DNA of 64,000 nucleotides from contig JAZSHY010000024.1 of the NCBI GenBank assembly GCA_045533505.1, positions 72,695 through 136,694 on the forward strand, given 5' to 3'. The stretch is from Eubacteriales bacterium (GTDB lineage: Bacteria > Bacillota > Clostridia > Oscillospirales > CAG-272). Every line of letters begins with the position of its first letter. Positions within the stretch are counted from its first letter, which is position 1. The position numbers and the translations under genes are program-made. Under the pieces are notes generated by a model, which searched no databases, was not told the origin of the DNA, and saw only the letters and a list, made by a program, of their open reading frames with translations. Below, in pieces: positions 46,148 to 57,020 of the stretch.

Positions 46148-48582
46148 GATTGGGCTCTCGAAACAGTAATGGTGGAGTGAAAGGGAGGAATACCGAGGGG
46201 AAACTCAGAGTTCTCGCCCCCGGTTCCTTCAGTGGCGTTTTTGCTTTGGTCCTCGCTTTTTCGGGCCAGTGCCACAGAGAGGACGTCATCCACGGTGTCA
46301 CATAGGACAAAGGAAAGTGACGATGCGACCTCCTTGTCAATTTCATCAAGGTCTCGCTCATTTTCACGCGGAATGAGGACGGTTTTGATGCCTGCTCGAT
46401 AGGCCGCCATGGTTTTTTCGGTAAGTCCTCCAATCGGTAGCACACGACCAAGAAGCGAGATTTCTCCTGTCATAGCCACGTCATGACGAACAGGAATGCC
46501 CGAAAGCGCGCTGACAAGCGCGGTTACCATAGTGACACCCGCAGAGGGGCCGTCCTTTGGGATCGCTCCCTCCGGAAAGTGGATGTGAATATCCTTTTTC
46601 TTGGCAAAGTCTGCTTCAATGCCGAATTCGGTTGCGCGGGCACGCACGGCACTCAGCGCGATGTGTGCCGATTCCTTCATGACATCTCCGAGAGAGCCTG
46701 TGAGCTCAAGCTTCCCATCCCCCGGCATGGAAAGAACCTCAACGCGGAGGAGGTCACCGCCAGCTGCGGTATAGGCCAAGCCGTTGACAACGCCCACCTC
46801 GTCGTTTGTATATTGGCATTCTGGCCTAAATTTCCGTTTGCCAAGATAGGAAGCAACCGCCTCGGCATCGACACGGAGAGATTTTGCCGATCCCTCTGCA
46901 ATTTTTCGAGCGCATTTACGGAAGAGAGACGCTATCTCACGCTCTAAATTTCGAACGCCGGCTTCTCTTGTATAGCAGTCGATGATCTCAAGAATTGCTT
47001 CGTCCGAAAGACGGAGCGTGCGACGACAGAGACCATGGCGCTTAAGCTGCTTGGGGATTAAGTGACGCTTGGCAATCTCGAATTTTTCGGTGCGGGTGTA
47101 GGGCTTGATTTCGATAATCTCCATGCGGTCAATTAAGGCTTCGGGGATGCCTTCGTAATAATTGGCGGTGGCGATGAAGACACAGTTTGAAAGGTCAAGC
47201 GGCATTTCGAGGAAATTGTCACGAAAATAGCGGTTTTGCTCAGGGTCAAGTACCTCAAGAAGCGCCGAGGAGGGGTCTCCGTGGAGGTCATGCGAAAGCT
47301 TGTCGATTTCATCCAGAACAATAACGGGATTTCTGGATTTTGCCGAAATGATAGCAGAAACGATTCTCCCGGGCATTGCCCCTACGTAGGTTTTTCTGTG
47401 GCCGCGTATCTCCGCCTCATCCCGTACGCCACCGAGCGAAATTCGGGTGTATTTGCGCCCAAGCGCACGTGCCACCGAAGCGGCAATAGAGGTTTTGCCT
47501 ACGCCGGGAGGGCCTACAAGGCATAGAATTTGATTGCGCATCTCGGGAGCAAGCTTTTTGACTGCTATATACTCAAGAATGCGGGTTTTTACCTTTTCAA
47601 GGCCGAAATGATCGGCATCCAAAATCTTGGCGGCGGCGTTTACATCAAGCTTATCCTTGGTTTCCTTGGACCAGGGAATTTCAAGGCAGGTATCGAGATA
47701 ACTGCGGAGAACAACGCTTTCGGCTGCACCAAAGGGGGTTTTGGCAAGCTTACCCAACTCCTTCTGAAGCTTGGCGCGCACCTCGTCGGGCATGGCGGTC
47801 TCTTGGAATCTTTTGTTGTATTCTTCAATCTCGTCGTGATCCTCGCCAAGCTCCTGCTGAATGGCGCGCATTTGCTCACGGAGAAAAAATTCCTTGTGAT
47901 GGTCATCCACCTTGGCACGGACGGCATTGTGAATGTCGGCCTCACACATAAGAAGATCCTTTTCCTCTTCGAGGAGGACCAGAAGGCGCTCTATCCGTAT
48001 GAGGGGGTTGATGCATTCGAGAACCGTCTGCTTGTTGCGGAAATTGAGAAGGACTGACGAGGCTACAAAATCGCACAGCATGGCAGGGTTTTTTATGGCA
48101 GTAGCAGCGTGGCAAACCTCATCGGTTAGGGTGGGGTGTATGGGTTGGATTTCCTTTATAAGATTGGAAACCTCATGCATCATAGCCTCTGCACGGAGAG
48201 TGGTGACATTGCCGAGCGAAATTTTCTTGCAGATGACCTCTGCATGAAAAAAACCGTCGCGAAAGGTAAGGGAGGTGATTTTGGCACGGCAAATTCCCTC
48301 AAAAACCGCATTAAGGCTTCCGTCTGGGGCTTTGGAAATGTGTTTTACGGTACACACGGTGCCTACGCGAAAAAAATCCTTTTCGGTGGGGGCCTCAATG
48401 CTGCCGTCACGCTGGGCAACAAGCAAAACATAGGACTCATTGGAAGCGGCTTCGCCGAAGGCCTTCAGCGATATTCCGCGAGAGAGAGTTAAATTCATTT
48501 GCACGGAAGGGAATGCCACTGTTCCCCTTAAGGGAATCAGCGGGAGAGAAAGAACCTCCGCTTTCTCAATCATGTGATTCAT
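46144..48582 (-). CDS. lon: ATP-dependent Lon protease
   Basis: LON N-domain, AAA+ P-loop GPPGVGKTS, and the protease Ser motif KDGPSAGVTM. ATG 48582 has the best RBS (GAGG); alternatives are 48594 and 48573. Confidence 0.95.
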   Translation of the reverse strand: MNHMIEKAEVLSLPLIPLRGTVAFPSVQMNLTLSRGISLKAFGEAASNESYVLLVAQRDGSIEAPTEKDFFRVGTVCTVKHISKAPDGSLNAVFEGICRAKITSLTFRDGFFHAEVICKKISLGNVTTLRAEAMMHEVSNLIKEIQPIHPTLTDEVCHAATAIKNPAMLCDFVASSVLLNFRNKQTVLECINPLIRIERLLVLLEEEKDLLMCEADIHNAVRAKVDDHHKEFFLREQMRAIQQELGEDHDEIEEYNKRFQETAMPDEVRAKLQKELGKLAKTPFGAAESVVLRSYLDTCLEIPWSKETKDKLDVNAAAKILDADHFGLEKVKTRILEYIAVKKLAPEMRNQILCLVGPPGVGKTSIAASVARALGRKYTRISLGGVRDEAEIRGHRKTYVGAMPGRIVSAIISAKSRNPVIVLDEIDKLSHDLHGDPSSALLEVLDPEQNRYFRDNFLEMPLDLSNCVFIATANYYEGIPEALIDRMEIIEIKPYTRTEKFEIAKRHLIPKQLKRHGLCRRTLRLSDEAILEIIDCYTREAGVRNLEREIASLFRKCARKIAEGSAKSLRVDAEAVASYLGKRKFRPECQYTNDEVGVVNGLAYTAAGGDLLRVEVLSMPGDGKLELTGSLGDVMKESAHIALSAVRARATEFGIEADFAKKKDIHIHFPEGAIPKDGPSAGVTMVTALVSALSGIPVRHDVAMTGEISLLGRVLPIGGLTEKTMAAYRAGIKTVLIPRENERDLDEIDKEVASSLSFVLCDTVDDVLSVALARKSEDQSKNATEGTGGENSEFPLGIPPFHSTITVSRAQS

Positions 48583-48658
48583 ACAAGACCTCATCTTTTT
48601 TTACTACAAACGAATTGTACCAAGGCACAATTCTCTGTTGTTAACATTCATAAATATT

Positions 48659-48687
48659 ATTATAACACGGGCAAACCAAAATGTCTA
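48659..48687 (-). promoter_or_regulatory. sigma-A promoter of lon
   Basis: On the minus strand: TAGACA, 17-nt spacer, TATAAT, with a TG extended -10. Confidence 0.5.
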
Positions 48688-48780
48688 CCGTTTTGCCGAA
48701 AATTATTAAACTATTAATTTCATTTTATGAAACGAATTGCACGGGTAAGAGAAAAAATGAGAGAAAAATTCAAAAAACAC

Positions 48781-48809
48781 TTGACAATTGTGAGTGAGGG
48801 TGCTATAAT
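48781..48809 (+). promoter_or_regulatory. consensus sigma-A promoter of the infC-rpmI-rplT operon
   Basis: TTGACA, 17-nt spacer, TATAAT. Both hexamers are perfect. Confidence 0.7.
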
Positions 48810-48958
48810 CGTAAGGCAATGGGCCGAAGAGCCCTTTTATGAAGCAGAATTTCCGTTCTCACCTTGCCACATGAGTGCGTCAGGGTTAATACATTTGCGC
48901 AAGCCTTTGCTTTGCGCCTTTGTCAGTGTGCGGAAATTATCCGCACTTTTTGTTTTTT
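48810..48958 (+). promoter_or_regulatory. probable ribosomal protein L20 leader (attenuator) of the infC operon
   Basis: A leader of about 150 nt lies between the promoter and infC and ends in an intrinsic terminator. This position matches the Firmicute L20-responsive leader. The fold was not verified. Confidence 0.5.
48926..48958 (+). terminator. leader terminator upstream of infC
   Basis: GTGCGGA-AATTA-TCCGCAC stem-loop followed by TTTTTGTTTTTT, 15 nt before the infC start. Confidence 0.65.
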
Positions 48959-48972
48959 GGAGGTAATGCGTC

Positions 48973-49494
48973 ATTAGCACTAAAGAATTGCAGATTAACG
49001 AAAGCATCCGCTTCAAGGAAGTCCGTCTTGTGGGCACGGATGGAGAACAGCTTGGGATTATGTCATCGTCTGAGGCACTGGAATATGCTTACAGCCGTGG
49101 AATGGATCTTGTTCTGATGGCTCCGAATGCCGAGCCCCCCGTCTGTCGTGTCATGGATTACGGTAAGTACCGTTTTGAGCGTGACAAAAAAGAGAAGGAA
49201 GCCAAGAAAAACCAGCAAATTGTCAAGGTGAAAGAGGTTCAGCTTTCCTGCCGCATTGACGTGCATGATTTCGAAACACGTGTGAATCAAGCTCGTAAGT
49301 TTCTTTTGGGCGGTGACAAGGTAAAGGCGGTAATCCGATTTAAGGGACGCGAGATGGCGCATCTGGATATGGGTCGCAGTGTAATTGACCGCTTCATTGA
49401 GGCTTGTGCCGAGGCGGGAGGTGCCGATAAGGCACCGATACAGGAGGGGCGGTTCCTTTCTGTCATTCTTTCGCCGCACAAGGCGAGTAAGTAA
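48973..49494 (+). CDS. infC: translation initiation factor IF-3 (ATT start)
   Basis: The in-frame ATT 48973 lies 8 nt after GGAGGT and gives ISTKELQINESIRF. This aligns with the B. subtilis IF-3 N-terminus (ISKDQLVNEGIRA) as I recall it. The track ORF starts at TTG 48988. Confidence 0.85.
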   Translation: MSTKELQINESIRFKEVRLVGTDGEQLGIMSSSEALEYAYSRGMDLVLMAPNAEPPVCRVMDYGKYRFERDKKEKEAKKNQQIVKVKEVQLSCRIDVHDFETRVNQARKFLLGGDKVKAVIRFKGREMAHLDMGRSVIDRFIEACAEAGGADKAPIQEGRFLSVILSPHKASK

Positions 49495-49568
49495 CCCTGT
49501 TATAGATTCCAACTTTGGATTTTTATAAAATTCGGTGAAACCGATAGTGAAAGAAAAGGAGAATTATC

Positions 49569-49763
49569 ATGGCAAAAATCAAAACTCATAAAGCCTCCGC
49601 CAAAAGGTTCCGTGTAACGGCCGGTGGTAAGATTAAAGTGCAGCATTCGCAGCACCGCCACAACTTGGGGATCAAGACGCCGAAGCGCAAGAGAACGCTT
49701 CGCAAGACGTTTGTTCTTGGCAAGGCAATGACTGCCAACATCAGAAGCATGATTCAAAAGTGA
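49569..49763 (+). CDS. rpmI: 50S ribosomal protein L35
   Basis: 64 aa, [21 protein letters not shown]... Confidence 0.9.
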   Translation: MAKIKTHKASAKRFRVTAGGKIKVQHSQHRHNLGIKTPKRKRTLRKTFVLGKAMTANIRSMIQK

Positions 49764-49801
49764 TTCGCCACGGAATTTAAGAATTTGGAGGAATAACAAT
49801 T

Positions 49802-50155
49802 ATGGCAAGAGTAAAAGGCGCACTGATGACGCGCAAGAGAAGAAAGAGCGTTCTCAAGGCCGCTAAGGGATATTGGGGAGCAAAAAGCAAGCATTTTAAG
49901 ATGGCGAAGCAGGCCGTTCTCAAAAGCGGTAATTATGCCTTCGCCGGGCGCAAAATGAAGAAGAGAGATTTTCGCTCTCTTTGGATTGCGCGTATTTCTG
50001 CCGAGGCAAGAGCCTGCGGTATTCGTTATTCGCAGCTGATGCATGGCCTGAAGCTCGCTTCTATCGATTTGAACCGTAAGATGTTGGCTGAGATTGCCGT
50101 TTCGGATAAGGCTGCTTTTGCAGCACTTGTCGAGAAGGCAAAGGCTGCTCTTTAA
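49802..50155 (+). CDS. rplT: 50S ribosomal protein L20
   Basis: 117 aa, [29 protein letters not shown]... Confidence 0.9.
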   Translation: MARVKGALMTRKRRKSVLKAAKGYWGAKSKHFKMAKQAVLKSGNYAFAGRKMKKRDFRSLWIARISAEARACGIRYSQLMHGLKLASIDLNRKMLAEIAVSDKAAFAALVEKAKAAL

Positions 50156-50215
50156 TTGAACGCCCCCATTCCGTGTTATCTCGCGGAGTGGGGCTTTGTT
50201 TTTCATGGAGGAAAT

Positions 50216-51043
50216 ATGACCGTTACGCAAGAGGTTATCACAAGCAGAAAAAATCCGCTTGTTGTGCTGGCTGCTTCTTTGAACGAGAAAAAATACCGTG
50301 AGGAATACGGTCTTTTTGCGGTACCGGGTCACAAATTGTGTCGCGAGGCCTTGGCAAGCAAAGCTCCGATTGTTCGCGTGCTTGTCAGTGAATCGTATGC
50401 CGCCAAGCACATGCCGGATTTGCACAATGATTTTCGTGATGCTATGTATGAGGACACAGTTCTCACTGTTCTTTCCGACGGGTGCTTTGAAAAAATAAGC
50501 CAAGAAAAAGCCGGAGATGGCATCATTCTTCATATAAAACATCTTGACATTTCAAAAAAATATAATACAATAAAAGATGATGCTTTTTTCGAAAGCTTAG
50601 GCCGAGCTATATTCCTTGAGTCAATACGCGATCCCGGGAATTTAGGCACTATACTGCGGAGTGCGGCTGCCTTTGGGGTGGATTGTGTCCTTCTCAGCGC
50701 AGATTGTGCCGACCTTTATCACGTGCGCACCGTGCGCGCCGCCATGGGGGCGCTTTTTCGTACACCTACGGTGCGGTTTGACGATTCTTATGAGCTGGTG
50801 AGGAACCTTCGCTCGGCAGGGCGTCGCGTGTTGGCAGCCGAGTTGCGTGAGGGATCTCTTCCGCTTGCTGAGGTTTCTCTTTTTTCTCGGGATGTTATTG
50901 TTATCGGTAACGAGGGGCACGGGATTCCGCCGGCGCTTTCTTCCGCTTGTAATTGCGGAGTGTATCTCCCGATTCACGAGGAGGCGGAGTCATTGAATGC
51001 CGCGATGGCGGCTACGGTGTTTTTGTGGGAGCAATCAAAGTAG
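50216..51043 (+). CDS. TrmH/SpoU-family RNA 2'-O-methyltransferase
   Basis: SpoU motifs (DPGNLGTILRSA, VIGNEGHGI, LNAAMAATV). ATG 50216 follows GGAGG. Confidence 0.75.
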   Translation: MTVTQEVITSRKNPLVVLAASLNEKKYREEYGLFAVPGHKLCREALASKAPIVRVLVSESYAAKHMPDLHNDFRDAMYEDTVLTVLSDGCFEKISQEKAGDGIILHIKHLDISKKYNTIKDDAFFESLGRAIFLESIRDPGNLGTILRSAAAFGVDCVLLSADCADLYHVRTVRAAMGALFRTPTVRFDDSYELVRNLRSAGRRVLAAELREGSLPLAEVSLFSRDVIVIGNEGHGIPPALSSACNCGVYLPIHEEAESLNAAMAATVFLWEQSK

Positions 51044-51060
51044 GGAGAGCTTTAGACTTC

Positions 51061-52317
51061 ATGGATAGCATTCTTTTTTGGATATGGTTGAGCTGTTGCT
51101 GTACTCCGGGGTCTTTGACTTTCGAACTGCTTCGGAAGGAATTTAATACACCGTATGAGGTGTATACTGCTGATGAAGAGGTTTTGCGAGGGGCCCTTTC
51201 CCATTATGATCGAGATTTGCGCCGTCTTTTGAATAAGGATCTTGAGGTGTCAAAGCGCATATTGAATTTCTGCCAAATGACACATGTGCGGCTTCTTTCC
51301 TATGATTCTCCCGAATATCCCTCTTTGCTTCGGGAAATCCCTGCACCTCCCGTTCTTTTGTATGTCAAAGGGCATCTTCCCGAGATGAACAACCGTCTTT
51401 CGGTTGCCGTGGTCGGCACGAGAAAGATGAGCGATTACGGGAAGCGCATGACCTTTGAAACAGCAAGAGATTTGGCAAGGGCCGGCGCTGTGGTGGTGAG
51501 CGGGCTCGCGCTTGGGATTGATGGCGTTGCGAATGCCGCTGCCATAAACGGCGGCGGAGAAACGGTAGCAGTCCTCGGCTCCGGAATTGATATTATCTAT
51601 CCTTCGGTTCATGCTAAGCTTGCCGAGTTTGTGGCACGCCACGGATCCGTTGTCACCGAGCTGCCTCCCGGAACAAGACCGGAAGGGAAAAACTTTCCTA
51701 TACGGAATCGTATTATTTCCGGCCTTGCCCAAGCAACAGCTATTATGGAGGGCGACCTTAAAAGCGGTTCTCTTATTACAGCTCGGTATGCCAAGCGACA
51801 GGGGAGAGCGGTGTATGCCATGCCTGGGCGCGTGGATGAAAAGGGGAGCGAAGGGCCGTGCATGCTTATTCGCAAAGGGGCGGGGATACTAACCTGTGCC
51901 GATGATATACTGGTTGATTTTGAAAAGACGCATGCGGATAAAATCAACATTTTCCGTCTTTTAGAGCATTCTCCCTATATTATGGATAAGGTGCTTCGCT
52001 CTATGGGGGTGTCTTTGAAGAGCGGTGCCCGTGCCGAGCGTGCAGTCCGTGCGCAGTTGCTTGCCGATACACCTGCGGAAACACCCCCTGCTCAAAAAAC
52101 GGCGTCACTGCATGAGAAGAATATTGAGGAGATACTTTCCAAAATCGGAGGGAGAGCCGAGGCTGTATACGCCGCTGTTGACGGTGAACACGGCACCACC
52201 ATAGACGATATTGTGGAAAAGGGAATTTCCGTTTCCGACACTATGGTAGCTGTGGCACAGCTTGAAATGCACGAATTGCTGGAGGTCCTCCCCGGAGGAT
52301 TTTTGAAACGCAAGTAA
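51061..52317 (+). CDS. dprA: DNA-processing protein DprA (Smf)
   Basis: Rossmann-like core (AVVGTRKMSDYG, VVSGLALGIDG, GPCMLIRKGA). ATG 51061. Confidence 0.85.
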   Translation: MDSILFWIWLSCCCTPGSLTFELLRKEFNTPYEVYTADEEVLRGALSHYDRDLRRLLNKDLEVSKRILNFCQMTHVRLLSYDSPEYPSLLREIPAPPVLLYVKGHLPEMNNRLSVAVVGTRKMSDYGKRMTFETARDLARAGAVVVSGLALGIDGVANAAAINGGGETVAVLGSGIDIIYPSVHAKLAEFVARHGSVVTELPPGTRPEGKNFPIRNRIISGLAQATAIMEGDLKSGSLITARYAKRQGRAVYAMPGRVDEKGSEGPCMLIRKGAGILTCADDILVDFEKTHADKINIFRLLEHSPYIMDKVLRSMGVSLKSGARAERAVRAQLLADTPAETPPAQKTASLHEKNIEEILSKIGGRAEAVYAAVDGEHGTTIDDIVEKGISVSDTMVAVAQLEMHELLEVLPGGFLKRK

Positions 52318-52348
52318 ACAAGCACACGAACAAGAGAAAGGTAACTGT

Positions 52349-54601
52349 ATGTCGAATTTAGTCATTGTGGAGTCACCTGCCAAGGCAAGCACCATCAAAG
52401 CCTACCTTGGCTCTAACTACAAGGTTGTTGCTTCCAAGGGGCATATCCGAGATCTGCCGAAAAGTGGGCTCGGTGTAGATATTGAAAATAATTTTGCTCC
52501 GCATTACATCAATATTCGCGGAAAGCGTGATGTGATTTTGCAGCTTCGCCAGGATGCAAAGATGGCAACCAAAATTTTTCTGGCCACTGACCCTGACCGC
52601 GAAGGAGAAGCTATTTCCTGGCACCTTGCGACAACCCTTGGTATTCCTCTTGAAAAGCAGTGCCGTGTCACCTTTAACGAGATTACGAAAACAGCGGTAA
52701 AGGAGGCCATCAAGCATCCCTCCGCCATTAACCAAGACCTTGTGAATTCCCAGCAAACCAGACGTATTTTAGACCGTATTCTCGGGTATCAGCTGAGCCC
52801 CTTTCTTTGGAAAAATGTGAGAAGCGGTCTTTCAGCGGGGCGAGTGCAAAGCGTGGCGGCGAGAATTATTTCGGAGCGTGAGGAAGAGATTCGCTCCTTT
52901 GTTCCGCAAGAATATTGGACCGTGCGCGTTACGGTCAATACCTCTGAGGGAGAAACGATTGAAACCCATTTTTACGGCAATCAGGAGGGCGAAATTCGCC
53001 TTTTGAATGAGGCGGATGCTCGGCGTATAAGTGACGCCATAGCCAAGAATCCCTTTGTGCTTTCGGGAATCCGTCAGTCCCAGAAAAATCGTATGCCGTC
53101 TCCCCCTTTCACGACATCCACGCTTCAGCAGGAGGCTTCCAAAAAGCTCGGTTTTCAGTCGAGACGCATTATGAAAACCGCGCAGGAGCTTTATGAAGGC
53201 GTAAATCTTGGCAGTGAGTTTGGCGGTTCTATGGGTCTTATCACCTACATGCGTACTGACTCTTTGCGAATTTCCTCTGTAGCGCAGGAGGCCGCTTTCG
53301 CTATGATTGAAGAGCAGTTCGGGAAAGCTTATCACCCTTCGGAGCCGAGACAGTTTAAAATGAAACCGGGCGCACAGGATGCGCACGAAGCGATTCGCCC
53401 CTCGGATGTACGGCTGACACCGGAAAAAATCAAGAAGCATCTGACACCCGATCAATACCGTCTTTACCGCTTGATATGGGAAAGGTTTGTGGCGAGCCAG
53501 ATGTCTCCCGCGGTCTTTTCGGTCCTTTCCTTGGAATTCACCTGTGGAGAATATCAGTTCCGCGCCAGCGGCAGCACGGTGAAATTCAAGGGGTATCTTG
53601 CCGTTTATGACGATTCTTCGGACCATGAGGATGAGAACGAAAAGATGTCCTTGCCTTCGGTGTCGCATCTCGCCGAGGGGACCTCGATGACCGTTGCTCT
53701 TGTTCAGCCCTCGCAGCATTTTACCGAGCCGCCTCCGCGGTATACCGAGGCTTCTCTTATAAAGTTCTTGGAGGAAAACGGCATTGGACGCCCCAGTACC
53801 TACACCGCCATCATCACCACGATAATGGACCGCAATTATGTGACGCGGGAAGGGAAGATGCTTGTGCCTACTCCGCTTGGTGAGGTTACCACAAGGTTGA
53901 TGAAGGAAAATTTCCCGGATATTGTAGACTATCAGTTTACAGCTGATATGGAGGATAAGTTTGACCGTATTGCCCGCGGTGAGGAAACCTCTATCAAGGT
54001 TCTTTCTGAGTTTTATGAGCACTTTTCAACCGCGCTTTCGCATGCAATGGAAAATGTGAAGGCGGGCGAAGTGGAAATACCGCCGGAGGAGTCGGATATT
54101 CTTTGCGAGAAATGTGGCCGTCGTATGGTCTACAAAACAGGCCGTTTCGGCAGATTTTTGGCCTGCCCCGGCTATCCGGAATGCAAAAATACAATAGCAC
54201 TGGACAAAAACGGAAAGCCTATCGAAAAGAAAAAGGAAGCTGCGGAGATTGCCGACTTCAAGTGTGAGCTGTGTGGCGGGAATATGGTATTGCGTGCGGG
54301 GCGTTACGGTTCCTTTTACGCCTGCTCCAACTATCCGAGCTGCAGGTTCACGAAGCAAAAGGTTAATGAACTTGGGATAAATTGTCCCAAGTGCAGTGCG
54401 AAGATTATAACCAAGCTGGGAAAAGGCAAGCTGTTTTACAGCTGCGAGAGATTTCCTGACTGTGATTTTGCCACATGGGATTTGCCATTGGAGGAGAAGT
54501 GCCCGTTGTGTGGGGAAATGCTTCTTTACAAAAAAAACAGAAGGACAGTTTTTTGCTACAACAAGTCCTGTGATTACAAGAAGGAAAACGTAGACAGATG
54601 A
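52349..54601 (+). CDS. topA: DNA topoisomerase I
   Basis: Toprim N-terminus ([10 protein letters not shown]), the catalytic Tyr region (ITYMRTDS), and multiple C-terminal Cys4 zinc fingers. Confidence 0.95.
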   Translation: MSNLVIVESPAKASTIKAYLGSNYKVVASKGHIRDLPKSGLGVDIENNFAPHYINIRGKRDVILQLRQDAKMATKIFLATDPDREGEAISWHLATTLGIPLEKQCRVTFNEITKTAVKEAIKHPSAINQDLVNSQQTRRILDRILGYQLSPFLWKNVRSGLSAGRVQSVAARIISEREEEIRSFVPQEYWTVRVTVNTSEGETIETHFYGNQEGEIRLLNEADARRISDAIAKNPFVLSGIRQSQKNRMPSPPFTTSTLQQEASKKLGFQSRRIMKTAQELYEGVNLGSEFGGSMGLITYMRTDSLRISSVAQEAAFAMIEEQFGKAYHPSEPRQFKMKPGAQDAHEAIRPSDVRLTPEKIKKHLTPDQYRLYRLIWERFVASQMSPAVFSVLSLEFTCGEYQFRASGSTVKFKGYLAVYDDSSDHEDENEKMSLPSVSHLAEGTSMTVALVQPSQHFTEPPPRYTEASLIKFLEENGIGRPSTYTAIITTIMDRNYVTREGKMLVPTPLGEVTTRLMKENFPDIVDYQFTADMEDKFDRIARGEETSIKVLSEFYEHFSTALSHAMENVKAGEVEIPPEESDILCEKCGRRMVYKTGRFGRFLACPGYPECKNTIALDKNGKPIEKKKEAAEIADFKCELCGGNMVLRAGRYGSFYACSNYPSCRFTKQKVNELGINCPKCSAKIITKLGKGKLFYSCERFPDCDFATWDLPLEEKCPLCGEMLLYKKNRRTVFCYNKSCDYKKENVDR

Positions 54602-55947
54602 AAGAAAAGGGTTCGGTTACGGTAATTGGTGCAGGTCTTGCGGGGTGCGAAGCAGCTTGGCAGGCAGCTAAGGTGGGCTGCCGGGTCACTCTCTATGAAA
54701 TGAAACCGAAAAAGTATACGCCTGCGCATCATTTTCCCGGTTTTGCCGAATTGGTTTGTTCCAATTCCTTCCGTTCGGCCTCCCTTTCGAATGCCGTGGG
54801 GCTTTTGAAGGAGGAGCTCAGGCATCTTTCTTCTCTTATTATGGAGGCGGCGGATGCTACTGCTGTTCCTGCGGGGAGCGCGCTTGCCGTAGACCGAACA
54901 CTGTTTTCCTCGTATGTAACCGATAAAATCCGGTCCCATCCCCGAATTACCGTTTTGGAAAGGGAGGTTACCGAGATTCCGGAGGAAGGGGTTGTTGTTA
55001 TAGCAACAGGCCCTCTCACCTCGGATTCTTTTGCCGATGCCATACGGAAACTTACGGGTGAGTCCTCGCTTTCCTTCTATGATGCGGCTGCCCCGATTGT
55101 GTCTGGAGAGAGCATTGATTATTCTAAGGCCTTTTTTTCCTCCCGTTATGGAAAAGGAAGCCCTGAGGACTATCTCAATTGCCCGATGACAAAGGAAGAA
55201 TACGAGGCGTTTTATACGGCCCTCACAGAGGCAGAAACCGCCGAACTCCATGAGTTTGAAAAAGAGGGGGAGCTTACTGTTTTTGAGGGGTGCATGCCGA
55301 TTGAGACAATGGCAAAGCGCGGCGTAGATACGATGCGCTTCGGTCCAATGAAGCCCGTAGGGCTTCCTGTCCCCGATACAGGGCGGGATGCCTACGCTAC
55401 CGTACAGCTCCGCCGAGAAACCCGTTCGGGGGATATGTACAATCTGGTTGGCTTTCAGACCCATTTGACATTCGGCGAGCAACGGCGTGTTTTTCGCATG
55501 ATACCGGGATTGCAAAATGCGGAGTTTTACCGTTATGGCGTAATGCATCGCAACACCTATCTTAACTCCCCCGTACTTCTATCTGCTGATTATTCGCTGC
55601 GGAAGCGCCCCGAGCTCTTTTTTGCGGGGCAGATGACGGGGGTTGAGGGATATATAGAATCTACGGGGTCGGGGCTTGTTGCCGGGCTTGCCGCAGCAGC
55701 ACGTGCCGCCGGCGAGGCTGCAGTTGCCTTCCCGCCGGAAACGATGCTTGGTGCAATGGCCGCCTATGTCAGCGATGAAACGGTTTCGCATTTTCAACCT
55801 ATGAATGCCAATTTTGGTATTATCGCTCCGCTTGCCGTCAAGGTCAAGGGGGGGAAGCTTGCCAGAAATGAAGCGTATGCCGTCCGTTCTCTTGCGACGG
55901 TTGATGAAATTGCCCATAGAATTTCCCGGTGGGGGAAAGGAAACTGA
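54598..55947 (+). CDS. trmFO: methylenetetrahydrofolate--tRNA-(uracil54-C5)-methyltransferase
   Basis: FAD loop [12 protein letters not shown]. 449 aa. Sits in topA-gid/trmFO synteny. Confidence 0.9.
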   Translation: MKEKGSVTVIGAGLAGCEAAWQAAKVGCRVTLYEMKPKKYTPAHHFPGFAELVCSNSFRSASLSNAVGLLKEELRHLSSLIMEAADATAVPAGSALAVDRTLFSSYVTDKIRSHPRITVLEREVTEIPEEGVVVIATGPLTSDSFADAIRKLTGESSLSFYDAAAPIVSGESIDYSKAFFSSRYGKGSPEDYLNCPMTKEEYEAFYTALTEAETAELHEFEKEGELTVFEGCMPIETMAKRGVDTMRFGPMKPVGLPVPDTGRDAYATVQLRRETRSGDMYNLVGFQTHLTFGEQRRVFRMIPGLQNAEFYRYGVMHRNTYLNSPVLLSADYSLRKRPELFFAGQMTGVEGYIESTGSGLVAGLAAAARAAGEAAVAFPPETMLGAMAAYVSDETVSHFQPMNANFGIIAPLAVKVKGGKLARNEAYAVRSLATVDEIAHRISRWGKGN

Positions 55948-55948
55948 T

Positions 55949-57013
55949 ATGCGTATTTTGATTGACGTGATGAGTGGGGATAATGCTCCGCTTGAGCTCA
56001 TACGAGGTGCCGTGATGGCTGCTTCGGAATATCCCAATCTTTCTATTGCGATTGTGGGAACCGAAGAGATTATTTACGAGACAGCTGAGGCTGAAGGAAT
56101 TTCACTTGATGGCATTGAAGTTGTGCCGTCGTTCAGTGTAATTGAAATGGAGGATAAGGCTCTTTCGGTGGTTCGCGAAAAGAAGGATTCTTCCATGAGT
56201 GTTGGCCTTCATGCTGTGGCGAACGGTGAAGGGGATGCTTTTGTCAGTGCCGGTAACACGGGAGCGCTCCTCGCAGGAGCCACTCTTATTGTGCGCCGTA
56301 TTCGCGGAATACATCGGGCGGGAATTGCCAGTGTATTACCTTTTCCGACTCCGGTGCTTTTGATGGACTGCGGTGCTAACCTTGAGGTTACCCCCGAAAA
56401 CCTTGAGCAGTTTGCTTATATGGGTTCTCTCTACATGCAAAAGCTTTATGGCCTTTCCTCACCTCGGGTTGGGCTGCTTAACAACGGAACAGAGTATAAT
56501 AAAGGGCTTCCTCTTCAGGTGGCAACCTATGAGAGGCTTATGAGGTCCGGCCTGAATTTTGTGGGGAATGTCGAAGGGAAAACCATACCGCTCGGATCTT
56601 GCGATGTAGTGGTTACCGACGGATTTACGGGGAATATTATGCTTAAGGTGATTGAGGGAATGGGGAAATTCATTTCCGGGGCCCTTAAGGACCTTTTTTA
56701 TACCAATGCTACCACTAAAATTTCCGGGCTTCTTATCAAGGGAAAAATGGGAGAATTTAAAAAGAAGCTGGATGCATCCGAGCATGGAGGGGCCCCTCTT
56801 CTCGGAATAGCAAAGCCGGTGATAAAGGCACATGGCTCTTCGGACGCCACTGCTATCAAAAATGCCGTGCATCAAGCCATGACGGTTGTCAGCACGGGCA
56901 TCAACTATAACATTGCCGAATGGGCTTCGGATTTCGAGGAACGCCTTAAGGCAGAAAAGAAGGAAAGGGAAAACGGCAGAGAAGAGAGCGATACTGTCGG
57001 GGATGCAAGGTGA
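55949..57013 (+). CDS. plsX: phosphate acyltransferase PlsX
   Basis: N-terminus IDVMSGDNAP, then GNTGA and GFTGN motifs. ATG 55949 overlaps the trmFO stop (TGATATG). Has a charged C-terminal tail. Confidence 0.9.
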   Translation: MRILIDVMSGDNAPLELIRGAVMAASEYPNLSIAIVGTEEIIYETAEAEGISLDGIEVVPSFSVIEMEDKALSVVREKKDSSMSVGLHAVANGEGDAFVSAGNTGALLAGATLIVRRIRGIHRAGIASVLPFPTPVLLMDCGANLEVTPENLEQFAYMGSLYMQKLYGLSSPRVGLLNNGTEYNKGLPLQVATYERLMRSGLNFVGNVEGKTIPLGSCDVVVTDGFTGNIMLKVIEGMGKFISGALKDLFYTNATTKISGLLIKGKMGEFKKKLDASEHGGAPLLGIAKPVIKAHGSSDATAIKNAVHQAMTVVSTGINYNIAEWASDFEERLKAEKKERENGREESDTVGDAR

Positions 57014-57020
57014 AAAAGCC

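Noticed and set aside
48972-48980. TTAGCACT at the infC start resembles half of a CIRCE (HrcA) operator.
   Set aside because: No matching inverted half (GAGTGCTAA) lies 9 nt away, and the sequence is inside coding sequence.
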